DNA of 31,159 nucleotides from an uncultured virus (IMG/VR IMGVR_UViG_3300033550_000001) (taxonomy: Duplodnaviria; Heunggongvirae; Uroviricota; Caudoviricetes), in the IMG/VR virus record IMGVR_UViG_3300033550_000001. One strand, 5' to 3'. Both the position numbers and the translations under genes were made by a program. Below the pieces are notes generated by a model that was not told the origin of the DNA, made no database searches, and saw nothing but the letters and a program-made list of their open reading frames with translations. This document shows, in pieces, positions 8,356-16,043 of this stretch; position 1 is the stretch's first letter, and each line of letters opens with the position of its first letter.

Positions 8356-8757
8356 TCAGCGGGCGATGACGGGGCGGTGCAGGTCGCGGTGCTCCACGGT
8401 GACCACGTGGCCCCGACGGCGCAGGCGTCGGGCGAGGACGTTGGCGGCGACGGCGGAGCGGTGACGGCCGCCGGTGCAGCCGACCGCGACGACGGTGTCC
8501 CGGGCGGACGGGCCGGCGTCGTACGCCCGGACGGCGCGCACCGTGGCGGCCAGCAGGGCCTTGACGCCCGGCGTGCCGAGCACGGCACGGCGCACCGTGC
8601 GGTCTGCGGCGGTCAGCTCGCGCATGGCCGGGCTGACGTGCGGGTCCCGGAAGTGGGCCCGCAGGTCCAGGGTCAGGTGGGCGGCCGGGGCGTCGCCGTG
8701 GCCGTAGCCGAAGGAGACGATCCGGACGGCGCCGGGGCGGGGCTTGGTCATGGTCAC
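8356..8757 (-). CDS. RapZ C-terminal-domain-like protein (stand-alone)
   Basis: IVSFGYGHG, DLR.HFRDP, VAVGCTGGRHRS, EHRDL motifs; start at 8757 (GTG) or 8751 (ATG). Confidence 0.85.
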   Translation of the reverse strand: MTMTKPRPGAVRIVSFGYGHGDAPAAHLTLDLRAHFRDPHVSPAMRELTAADRTVRRAVLGTPGVKALLAATVRAVRAYDAGPSARDTVVAVGCTGGRHRSAVAANVLARRLRRRGHVVTVEHRDLHRPVIAR

Positions 8758-8984
8758 CAGTCCCCGAAGGTGCAGACAGGCCCGCACGCGCCGCGTTCGT
8801 GCGGGCCGCCCGGAGCGAAGTGGTTCGAGACCTCGGCGTCGGTCGGGTAGCCGCCGGTGCGCCCCCTCTCCGTCCGGCCGTTGCCCCAGCGGACCGGCGC
8901 GGCACCTGCCTTCAGCTCGTCGCAGCGCGGGCAGCCGTCGAACTTCTGGCCGAAGCGCGGAGCGTGGTTGTGCTTCGTGGTCAT
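8754..8984 (-). CDS. small Cys/His-rich hypothetical protein
   Basis: 76 aa; CPRC...CGPVCTFGDW; start motif 8987-9004. Confidence 0.75.
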   Translation of the reverse strand: MTTKHNHAPRFGQKFDGCPRCDELKAGAAPVRWGNGRTERGRTGGYPTDAEVSNHFAPGGPHERGACGPVCTFGDW

Positions 8985-9002
8985 CGCTTCCTCGTTCCTT
9001 GG

Positions 9003-9602
9003 TCAGGCGGGCGGGTTGTTGTCGATGCCGAGCAGGCCGCACATCGCGTCGCCGGTGTACTCGGCGAAGTCGGTGAAGTGTCCGAGGCCGCGCAGGAGCA
9101 GCGGCCACACGTCGCTCAGGATCTCGTCGGCCGCGTTCTGGAACCGGCGGTAGTCGTTCGGTCCACCGTCAAACGTGATCGTCGGGTCAGCCTCCAACGC
9201 TGCCCGGCGGTCCGACTCGCCCTGGAGTTCCCCGCACACGGCGCGGCCCGGGGTCCACAGACCCTGTTCGCGGAGCCAGATGTCGTAGGCCCGTTCCCCG
9301 GCGGCGCCGCCGACGAGGACGGGACGCGCCGTGTCGCCGTCCGGGTGGACGAAGGAGACGGCGCCGCTCGGGATGACGTTGCCGGGGTCTTCCCGGACGG
9401 AGATGCGGGCCATCCGGGCGCCCAGCCTCCAGTTGACGAGGAAGTGCCCGAGTTCATGGGCTGCGACCCCCTGGAGGTGTTGCGCGGGGGTGAAGTCGGC
9501 GACTTCGCCCAATGCCCCAGCCCCGGTGAAGAAGGTACGTGTGGGGAAGGCCGTCCGCACGGCCCCGTCGGGGTCCGCCACTCCGATGTTCGTGTGCCAC
9601 AT
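9003..9602 (-). CDS. putative Zn metallopeptidase (HExxH, M41-like)
   Basis: VAAHELGHF; downstream AAGERA and SD motifs; start motif 9607-9625. Confidence 0.65.
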   Translation of the reverse strand: MWHTNIGVADPDGAVRTAFPTRTFFTGAGALGEVADFTPAQHLQGVAAHELGHFLVNWRLGARMARISVREDPGNVIPSGAVSFVHPDGDTARPVLVGGAAGERAYDIWLREQGLWTPGRAVCGELQGESDRRAALEADPTITFDGGPNDYRRFQNAADEILSDVWPLLLRGLGHFTDFAEYTGDAMCGLLGIDNNPPA

Positions 9603-9635
9603 GGTCGGTTCCTCGTTCCTTGGTCCGTGGTTCCG

Positions 9636-9677
9636 ATGAATTAACTAAACCATAGGCGTCCGTCGGCCCGCAACCCC
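9636..9677 (-). promoter_or_regulatory. cassette promoter (TTGCGG-18-TTTAGT) with operator 9636-9653
   Basis: ATGAATTAACTAAACCAT; hairpin 9687-9717 upstream. Confidence 0.65.
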
Positions 9678-9740
9678 GAACGCGAAGAACCCCGGAGACT
9701 CAGGGTCTCCGGGGTTCAGCCGCAGGCGGCGCCATTGTGA

Positions 9741-10160
9741 TCACCGCCTCCGGTGCGTGCCCTTCGCGGCCAGCGCCTCCGCCTTGGCCTTCGCCTCGAC
9801 GGCGCCGGCGTGGGAGTTGATGATGTGCGCGACCACCAGGCCGAGCAGCACCAGCGCGGCCAGCACCACCACGGCGATGACCATCACCGTGGCCAGCACC
9901 AGCGCGCACAGCGTCAGGACGACGCAGGCGAGCAGCGCCGCGTACAGCCACGGGATCATCTTCTCCGCCGCCGTCCGCTCCGGGCCCTGGTGCACGATCG
10001 CCCCGGCGGGGACGGCCGGCGCGGCCTCGTAATGGTGGTGGACGTGGACGTGAACCCCGCCGTCGGCCGCAGCCTGCGCCGCCGTCGGGTTGGCCCGCAG
10101 GTACTCCAGCAGCTCGCCGGGGACGGGGGTATGCCTCCGCTCTATCTCCATGGTCATCAT
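9741..10160 (-). CDS. membrane protein, SpdD/spread-protein-like
   Basis: Pro-rich N-terminus, VHVHVHHHY, about 40-aa hydrophobic stretch, basic tail; start 10160 or 10151. Confidence 0.6.
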   Translation of the reverse strand: MMTMEIERRHTPVPGELLEYLRANPTAAQAAADGGVHVHVHHHYEAAPAVPAGAIVHQGPERTAAEKMIPWLYAALLACVVLTLCALVLATVMVIAVVVLAALVLLGLVVAHIINSHAGAVEAKAKAEALAAKGTHRRR

Positions 10161-10249
10161 TCCTTGATTCCTTGGGCAGAAGGGCCCCGGCAGGGGCCCC
10201 GAATTAGTTGTACCACGGCCGTGAGCGGCCCAATCAGGCGGCTAACGAC

Positions 10250-10281
10250 GAAGCCCCGGGCCGTTGCGGCTCCGGGGCTTC
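10250..10281 (-). terminator. GC hairpin terminator
   Basis: GAAGCCCCGGGGCC-loop-GGCTCCGGGGCTTC. Confidence 0.7.
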
Positions 10282-10305
10282 GGGGCTTCGGGTCGTGCGG
10301 TGCGG

Positions 10306-10497
10306 TCAGGCACCGGAGGCCAGGAACGCCTTGCGCTGGAACAGTCGGAGCGCGTCGCCCCGGTTGCGGGTGGGCCGCGAGACGCGGTCACCCTGGCGGA
10401 CCCGGTGCCACGTGCCCGGAACGCCCATCGTCCCGTGGTCGTCGGCGGCGACCTCCAGCGCGACTCCCGAGCGAAGCGTCTCGACGGTCCAGTTCAT
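10306..10497 (-). CDS. small hypothetical protein
   Basis: GGAGGAA RBS before MNWTVETLRSG; promoter directly upstream. Confidence 0.65.
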   Translation of the reverse strand: MNWTVETLRSGVALEVAADDHGTMGVPGTWHRVRQGDRVSRPTRNRGDALRLFQRKAFLASGA

Positions 10498-10521
10498 CAG
10501 TTCCTCCATCAGCCGGTCTCG

Positions 10522-10562
10522 ATGAATTAACTAAACCATAGGTTCTGCCGCTGCACAACCCC
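10522..10562 (-). promoter_or_regulatory. cassette promoter (TTGTGC-17-TTTAGT) with operator 10522-10539
   Basis: ATGAATTAACTAAACCAT. Confidence 0.7.
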
Positions 10563-11011
10563 TACGCGGCGAACCGGTAGCCGGCCTGCCCGCCCCGGGT
10601 GTCGTCGACCAGCACGCCCTCCGCCACCCGGGCCTTGAGCCACATATAGACCCACGGGCGGGACCGGCCGGTCATGGCGGGGATGTCCTTGAAGTGACGC
10701 GGCACCACCCGCTCGATGCCCCGGGCCCGGAGGGCGGCGAGCCGTTCGGCGGCGAGGCGTTCGGCTTCCACCCGCGTCGGCCGGGGACGGCTGTCCTCGT
10801 GCACCGTGTCCGGCGGCGCGGCGACGGCGGCCAGGCTTCCCGGACTGCGGCTCGCGGCGGCCTCCCGCCGGGCGAGACGGAGGGAGCCCTGAAGCATCCC
10901 GGGGACGACTTCCGAGGCGACTTCCAGGCTGTGCAGGACGCACAGCGGGACGGGCTTGAGGATGACGGGCGAGGCGTCGCAACGGGCGGCGCAGCGAGTG
11001 TTCCTGCTCAT
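10562..11011 (-). CDS. protein with N-terminal C/C/C/H finger and C-terminal TraB-like winged helix
   Basis: CAARC..LCVLH; FKDIPAMTGRSRPWVYMWL aligns with TraB LEDIPGLVGRSRGWVYDEL. Confidence 0.7.
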   Translation of the reverse strand: MSRNTRCAARCDASPVILKPVPLCVLHSLEVASEVVPGMLQGSLRLARREAAASRSPGSLAAVAAPPDTVHEDSRPRPTRVEAERLAAERLAALRARGIERVVPRHFKDIPAMTGRSRPWVYMWLKARVAEGVLVDDTRGGQAGYRFAA

Positions 11012-11042
11012 GTCAGTGATCCTTTGTCAGAGTTCCTTGGTC

Positions 11043-11275
11043 GTGTCGGCCGGCCGACAGGGCGAGAGAGAGACCCAAGGCCGGAGGTCGTTCGGCCGGT
11101 CGGCCGACAGCCGACTGACGCGCCCGGCACCGTCAGGCATGATCGCCGACTGACGGTGTGACGGGCCGACACAGTCAGTGTGCCCCACCGGATGACCCTC
11201 CGACACCTGTCTGACACACCGGCAAACGTCAGGGCGGGCACCCGGTTGACTGCCCCGGATACCCGCCCTGACGCG
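11043..11275. repeat. CCGAC/CTGAC-rich repeat array downstream of traB (clt candidate)
   Basis: Repeated GCCGACAG, CCGACTGACG, CTGAC and reverse complements; 12-bp inverted repeat CGTCAGGGCGGG/CCCGCCCTGACG. Confidence 0.55.
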
Positions 11276-11288
11276 GCGCCTCACGACC

Positions 11289-13292
11289 TCATCCCGCAGC
11301 GGCGGCCTCCGCGAACACGTTCCCCGTGATCTCGTAGACGGCCCGGGTGTTGGGCGGCGTGAGCCGGCGCAGCACGCCGTCGTCGGCCAGCCGCTCCAGC
11401 TCGTCGTACACCCACCCGCGCGACCGGCCGACCAGCCCCGGGATGTCCTCCAGGGCCTGGAACGTGACCTCGTGGTCCTCGCCGGACGCGAGGATGTTGA
11501 TGCGGTTCAGCAGCTCCGCCCGCGCGTCCTCGGTGGTCATCCGGCCCTCGTCCACGATGGGGTCGGCGAAGGTGAGGGACAGCCCGTCGGGGGCGGCCAG
11601 CGGCTCCCCCGTGTCGATTCCGTCGCTGGTCAGAGACATGTCCCGCACCTCCGTGAAGTCGTCGTCCACCGTGCTCTCCGCGACCGCCTGCGCGGCCGGG
11701 GACACCCGCTCGGGCTGCTCGTCGGCGATGCCCCGGGCGAGGATGCGGTACGTCCCCTCGTCCAGCTCCGCCCAGAACTGCCGCGAGGACTCCCGGGCCT
11801 CCTGCGTGTCCTTGGCGGTGCGCCTCGGCGCCCGGCCGTCGATGGGCCAGTGGGCCCGGTCCGTGCCCACGACCTCGGCATACAGGCTGCCGGGGCTGTC
11901 GTTGCGCCACTTCGTCGGGTCGGCGCCCGCCTCCAGCGTGTCCCGGTGCAGGGAGTACTTGGCGTCCTGGTCCTCGTTCTGGCCGTGGGCGACGGACTGC
12001 ACGAGGGCCGCCCGGGTCTTCCGGCTGATGTTGTCGTGCGGCATGGTCTGCATGGACAGGCAGATGTGGACACCGATGGACCGCAGCTTGCGCAGCAGCT
12101 CGTCCAGCTCCTCGTCCATCTCCACGGCGATGTCCGCCGCCTCCTCGATGTCCACGAACACCAGCGGGATGCGGTGCAGCGTCCACATCTCCGAGACCCA
12201 CTGCTTGTAGCCGACGCCGCCGTCTGCCCTGGTCAGCGAGGCGAACAGGCCCGACCGGTACCCGATGACCCGCTTGAGGTTGACGACCAGGGTCTTCACC
12301 TCGTCCTCGTCCTTGGCGGCCAGTCCCAGCATGTCCTCGACGTCGCCGAAAGACTGCTCGAACTTGGCCGGGTCGCCCACGATCGGCACGACGTCGATGC
12401 GTTCGCGCATCTGGAGGATCGCCGTGACCATCGTCTCCGTCTTGCCCGACCCGGAGACGCCTGTCCACTTCGTGTGCGCCAGCGGCCGGTCCGCCTCCGG
12501 GTCGCCGCACAGCCACCACTCGATGTCCGAGCCGTTGGTGCGCCCGCCCAGCCAGATGGGTGCGTCGGCGACGGACATCCCCCGGTGGTCCGGGCGGTTC
12601 GCCCAGGTCACGGGCTTGCTGGAACCCTGCTCACGGGTGAACGTGACGTCCACCTGCGACTCGTCGCCCTTGACCCGGAGCACCTTGACCTGGTCGGCGC
12701 CGACGCCGGCGACAGCCGCGATCTGCTCCCGGGCGTCCTGCGCCTCCTTCGCCGTGGTCGGCGCGTCCAGGTGGACCCGGGCGCGCAGCTCGTCGGCCGA
12801 CTCCTGCACCTTGCCGACCTTGGCGTCCTTGAACGCCCTGACCTTGGCCAGCAGGCCGTCGTTTCCGCTGGTCTGCTGCGACTTGTCGGTCTCCCGCACG
12901 CCGGACAGGGCCGCGTGGCGCACGCACCACGCGGCCGACAGCACGAGGCCGCCGAGCGCCCACGCGCGGAGGATGTCCTCCTGCCAGGGCCTGATCGCCA
13001 CGGCGAAAAGAGACCAGGTCAGGACGGCCGTGGCGAAGACCATGACCATGGTCCGGGTCTCCCGACGGCGCACTGCCCAGTTGGTCCAGGTCGCGTACGC
13101 CAGGTACCCGAAGCTGAGGGCGAGGAAGGCCGTCCACAGCTCGCTGTGACCGCTGGTGGCGATGACGATGTGGAGTACGAGGGACAGCGGCCAGACGGCC
13201 GCCACGACGGCCCACGGCAGGACGTACGAGACGATCCGCTCGGGCACGTTGAACAGGGCGTATCCCCGCACGCGGGGGGTGTGCTTGCTCAT
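11289..13292 (-). CDS. traB: TraB-like FtsK/SpoIIIE-family conjugative DNA translocase
   Basis: N-terminal TM helices, Walker A GVSGSGKT, Walker B VFVDIEEAA, LRSIGV..SMQ, C-terminal winged helix; start set at MSKH. Confidence 0.85.
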   Translation of the reverse strand: MSKHTPRVRGYALFNVPERIVSYVLPWAVVAAVWPLSLVLHIVIATSGHSELWTAFLALSFGYLAYATWTNWAVRRRETRTMVMVFATAVLTWSLFAVAIRPWQEDILRAWALGGLVLSAAWCVRHAALSGVRETDKSQQTSGNDGLLAKVRAFKDAKVGKVQESADELRARVHLDAPTTAKEAQDAREQIAAVAGVGADQVKVLRVKGDESQVDVTFTREQGSSKPVTWANRPDHRGMSVADAPIWLGGRTNGSDIEWWLCGDPEADRPLAHTKWTGVSGSGKTETMVTAILQMRERIDVVPIVGDPAKFEQSFGDVEDMLGLAAKDEDEVKTLVVNLKRVIGYRSGLFASLTRADGGVGYKQWVSEMWTLHRIPLVFVDIEEAADIAVEMDEELDELLRKLRSIGVHICLSMQTMPHDNISRKTRAALVQSVAHGQNEDQDAKYSLHRDTLEAGADPTKWRNDSPGSLYAEVVGTDRAHWPIDGRAPRRTAKDTQEARESSRQFWAELDEGTYRILARGIADEQPERVSPAAQAVAESTVDDDFTEVRDMSLTSDGIDTGEPLAAPDGLSLTFADPIVDEGRMTTEDARAELLNRINILASGEDHEVTFQALEDIPGLVGRSRGWVYDELERLADDGVLRRLTPPNTRAVYEITGNVFAEAAAAG

Positions 13293-13306
13293 GTCGTCCA
13301 CCGCCC

Positions 13307-13873
13307 TCACTGCACGGAGAAGCCGCCACGGCGGCCCCCGGGACGGTTCACCCTGCGGTCGGACTCCAGGTCGTCCAGCAGGCCCTCGAACCGGCGCCAC
13401 GCCTTGACCGCGTCGGCCGCGCCGGCGACGCAGGAGTTCGCCATGTGGTCCAGGTCCCGACCCACCTGCCGCAGCGTGAGCGCGAGCTTGGCCGCCTGCG
13501 CGGGGCTCATCCACCCGTCCTTGGCCTGCCGCGCGTTGGCCCGCGCGGACGCCTTGAGCTGGCCTTCCGCCATCTTCGCGCTGACGGCGAGGTAGTTCAG
13601 GATCGCCCGGTACGCCTCGCAGAAGGCGTGCAGGTCGTCCTGGTTCGACAACTCCATGGAGCCGATGGACTGCGCGAGCTGCGCAATGTTCTGACCCCTC
13701 GGCCCGCCGGGCCGGGACGCGCCCTGACCTGCGGACTTGCTCGTCTTCTCCGCCGGCGCCGGGTGCCCCTGGGAGTCCAGGCCCTGGCGGCGCAGCTCCT
13801 CGGCCGACTTGCCGTTGGCCCGGCCCCGCGCGCTGAACGGGTTGTCCGGGTGGTTCACTCCGATACGGCTCAT
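13307..13873 (-). CDS. traA: plasmid transfer protein TraA-like
   Basis: Gly-rich N-terminus, SNQDDLHAFCE, helical core; directly upstream of traB. Confidence 0.6.
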   Translation of the reverse strand: MSRIGVNHPDNPFSARGRANGKSAEELRRQGLDSQGHPAPAEKTSKSAGQGASRPGGPRGQNIAQLAQSIGSMELSNQDDLHAFCEAYRAILNYLAVSAKMAEGQLKASARANARQAKDGWMSPAQAAKLALTLRQVGRDLDHMANSCVAGAADAVKAWRRFEGLLDDLESDRRVNRPGGRRGGFSVQ

Positions 13874-13920
13874 GACTGAGTCCTCTTCCTGCTTCCTGAT
13901 TCCTGGGTCCGAAAGGGCGA

Positions 13921-13953
13921 AAGCCCTACCAGGGTCATCCCCGGTAGGGCTTT
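13921..13953 (-). terminator. hairpin terminator with overlapping degenerate operator (13947-13964)
   Basis: AAGCCCTACC...GGTAGGGCTT. Confidence 0.6.
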
Positions 13954-13975
13954 ACCTAAATCAAGCGTCTCGCGG

Positions 13976-15169
13976 TCAGTCCTTCGCCGCAAGTGCCTTC
14001 TCAGCGCGCTGGATCGCCTTCTTCAGGCTGTCCGGCTTGACGTCCTCGTAGCCCGGCAGGGTGGGGACGATGGCCCGGACCTCGTCCCGGCTGTGTCCCG
14101 TCTCCATGAGGAACCGGACGGCGGCCGACACGCTGCTCAGCTTGTCCTCGGGGACATCGACCTTGCTGTCCCGCGCGGGGGACACGGCCGGGGACACGGT
14201 GTCCCCCTCGGCCTTGATCTCCTCGGGCGTCTTGTCCACCCGGATGCGGACGGAGGGACGCGCGGGGGACACGGCGGGGACAGCCACGCGGGTGCGGGAC
14301 ACGACCGGCGGGACAGGCGCGGGGACAGCCGGCGCGGCGGGGGACATGTCCCCGGGGACAGGGGACACAGGGGCAACCGGGGCCGTGTCCCGGGGGACAA
14401 CCTGCGTGGGGGACATGTCCCCGGGGACGTCGTCCTGTCCCTTGTCCCGGGACACCAGGGACAGCGCCCAGTCGTGGCGCGCGTCGATGCCCGCCAGGTC
14501 CGTGACCGACTTGCGCCGGACGATCCGGGCGACGATGTCCGCCTCCGCCCGCGCGGCCTCGTCGGAGGACAGTCCGTGGCGGGCGGCGTCGATGGCGGTG
14601 GCCAGCTTGGCCGTCCGGCGGCGGTGGCGGATGGTGCCCGCCTTGACGGCGGCCACCTCGTCGGCGAGGTCCACCGCGCGGTCGGCGGCCCGGCTGCGGG
14701 CGATGGCGGCGGAGTCGGCGCCGCGCCGGCCGATGCCCAGGAAGGCCGTCAGGCGCTCCCGCAGCTCGCGCAGGGCGGACGCCAGCAGGCCGTTGGACTT
14801 CTCGCCGGACATCCGCAGCTCAAGGCCCAGAAGCAGGTGCAGCAGCACAGCCAGCAGCACCGGGCCGAGGACGACCCGGACGGGGCCGCCGACGCTGCCC
14901 GACACCTGGAAGGCGGGGATGGCCTGCACGAGGACTGCCGCGTAGGCGAGGTACGCCGGGCCCTTGGTCCGGGTGGCCCACGCGTACACCGTGAGGGCGA
15001 TAATGGCGGCCTCGGCGACGCCGCACAGCACGGCGCGTTCGGTCTGGTCGGAGATCTGGAGCGCCGTCTCCAGGAAGCGGTACGAGGTGTCGGCGGACAT
15101 GGCCAGGGCCAGGGCGGCCGGGACAAGCAGACCCAGCGTCGCAGCCGTGGTGCGGGACATGCGGGACAT
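13976..15169 (-). CDS. SpdB-like multi-pass membrane protein with repeat linker and helical C-terminal domain
   Basis: About 4 N-terminal hydrophobic segments, helical middle, VSP/GDT-rich linker; upstream of traA-traB. Confidence 0.7.
   Translation of the reverse strand: MSRMSRTTAATLGLLVPAALALAMSADTSYRFLETALQISDQTERAVLCGVAEAAIIALTVYAWATRTKGPAYLAYAAVLVQAIPAFQVSGSVGGPVRVVLGPVLLAVLLHLLLGLELRMSGEKSNGLLASALRELRERLTAFLGIGRRGADSAAIARSRAADRAVDLADEVAAVKAGTIRHRRRTAKLATAIDAARHGLSSDEAARAEADIVARIVRRKSVTDLAGIDARHDWALSLVSRDKGQDDVPGDMSPTQVVPRDTAPVAPVSPVPGDMSPAAPAVPAPVPPVVSRTRVAVPAVSPARPSVRIRVDKTPEEIKAEGDTVSPAVSPARDSKVDVPEDKLSSVSAAVRFLMETGHSRDEVRAIVPTLPGYEDVKPDSLKKAIQRAEKALAAKD
14094..14463. repeat. GGGACA/TGTCCC array inside the Spd-like gene
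   Basis: About 23 copies by hand count, both orientations; GGGGACATGTCCCC palindromes. Confidence 0.9.
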
Positions 15170-15240
15170 GGTCTGTCCTCTCTTCCTTGGTCAGGTTCCT
15201 TGGTCGGTGCTGATTTTCTTAAATCATCGTACACGCTATC

Positions 15241-15465
15241 TGTCCCCGTGTCCCCTGCCCCGGCAAACCTTTGTCCCGGGACATCACCACCCCGTGTCCC
15301 GAGGGGGACGTGTCCCCGTGTCCCGAGGGGACATGTCCCGGTGTCCCGGTGTCCCGGTGTCCCCGGGGACACGACAAAGCCCCTGCGGTTGTCCCGCAGG
15401 GGCCCTGTGTCCCTGTCCCCCTGTCCCGCCGTCAGGTGTCGTCCCTGTCCCCGGAGATGTCCCGG
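15241..15465. repeat. mostly intergenic TGTCCC array with 8-bp tandem period (clt/TRS-like)
   Basis: TGTCCCGG x3 plus TGTCCCCG at 15334-15365; about 19 hexamer copies. Confidence 0.9.
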
Positions 15466-15767
15466 CAGGGGCGGAAAGGGTCAAAGCCGTCGCACGGATG
15501 CTGGGGGCGGAACGGGTCGGCGCTCTGTACCCCCGAAGCCCTGTCCCGGTCGTCCGCCGTGACGATCTCGCTGAACCAGAAGTCGGTGATCTCGACGTCC
15601 CGCAGCTCCACACCCTCGGAGCGGGACACGTCCCGCGCGGCCTCCGCACGCAACCGCATCTCGTCGCACCGGGCGAGGGACCACGCCGTCCCGTCCAGCA
15701 CCTTGGCGTGTCCCCGGACGGTGGCTGTCCCGCCGTAGAAGTATCCGAACTTCAGCCGTCCGGTCAT
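15432..15767 (-). CDS. hypothetical protein
   Basis: MTGRLKFGYFYGG...; ATGA overlap; GGAG RBS. Confidence 0.6.
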   Translation of the reverse strand: MTGRLKFGYFYGGTATVRGHAKVLDGTAWSLARCDEMRLRAEAARDVSRSEGVELRDVEITDFWFSEIVTADDRDRASGVQSADPFRPQHPCDGFDPFRPCRDISGDRDDT

Positions 15768-16024
15768 CGCAAGATCTCCGATCCGGGCGCGACAGTCCAT
15801 GCGCGGACAGGGGAGCGGGGGACAGCGCGCAAGGCGCCTGTCCCCTGAAGGACGATCAGGTGATCCGTCACCCATGAGGCCGGGCGCCGGACTGCGGCGG
15901 CGAGGTCGGTGAAGTGTCCCGGGGTGAACTCCCGCACGCCCCGGTCGTGCAGGTCCCGTATGCGCTGCCGTACGGCGTCGGCGAGCGCGGGCGGTGAGCC
16001 GGTCGTGACTGTGGTGGTCGGCAC
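15764..16024 (-). CDS. small winged-helix protein resembling the TraB C-terminus
   Basis: GTG start behind GGAG; FTDLAAAVRRPASWVTDHLIVLQGTGALR. Confidence 0.6.
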   Translation of the reverse strand: MPTTTVTTGSPPALADAVRQRIRDLHDRGVREFTPGHFTDLAAAVRRPASWVTDHLIVLQGTGALRAVPRSPVRAWTVAPGSEILR

Positions 16025-16043
16025 GACGTTCTCCGTTCCGTGT

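Noticed and set aside
1171..10562. Repeats as a CRISPR array or integron attC sites
   Set aside because: Spacing is irregular and gene-sized, the repeats are promoter/RBS elements, and no cas operon or integron integrase is present
13293..13514. N-terminal extensions in the ORF track (traB to 13514, epimerase to 7063, helicase to 26440, RapZ-like to 9108)
   Set aside because: They overlap well-supported upstream genes; internal starts have RBS or stop/start coupling
11347..15848. Long plus-strand ORFs (e.g. 11472-13595, 14093-15562)
   Set aside because: Antisense shadows of traB, traA and spd; the same applies to plus-strand ORFs over the 1-10 kb array, exonuclease and helicase
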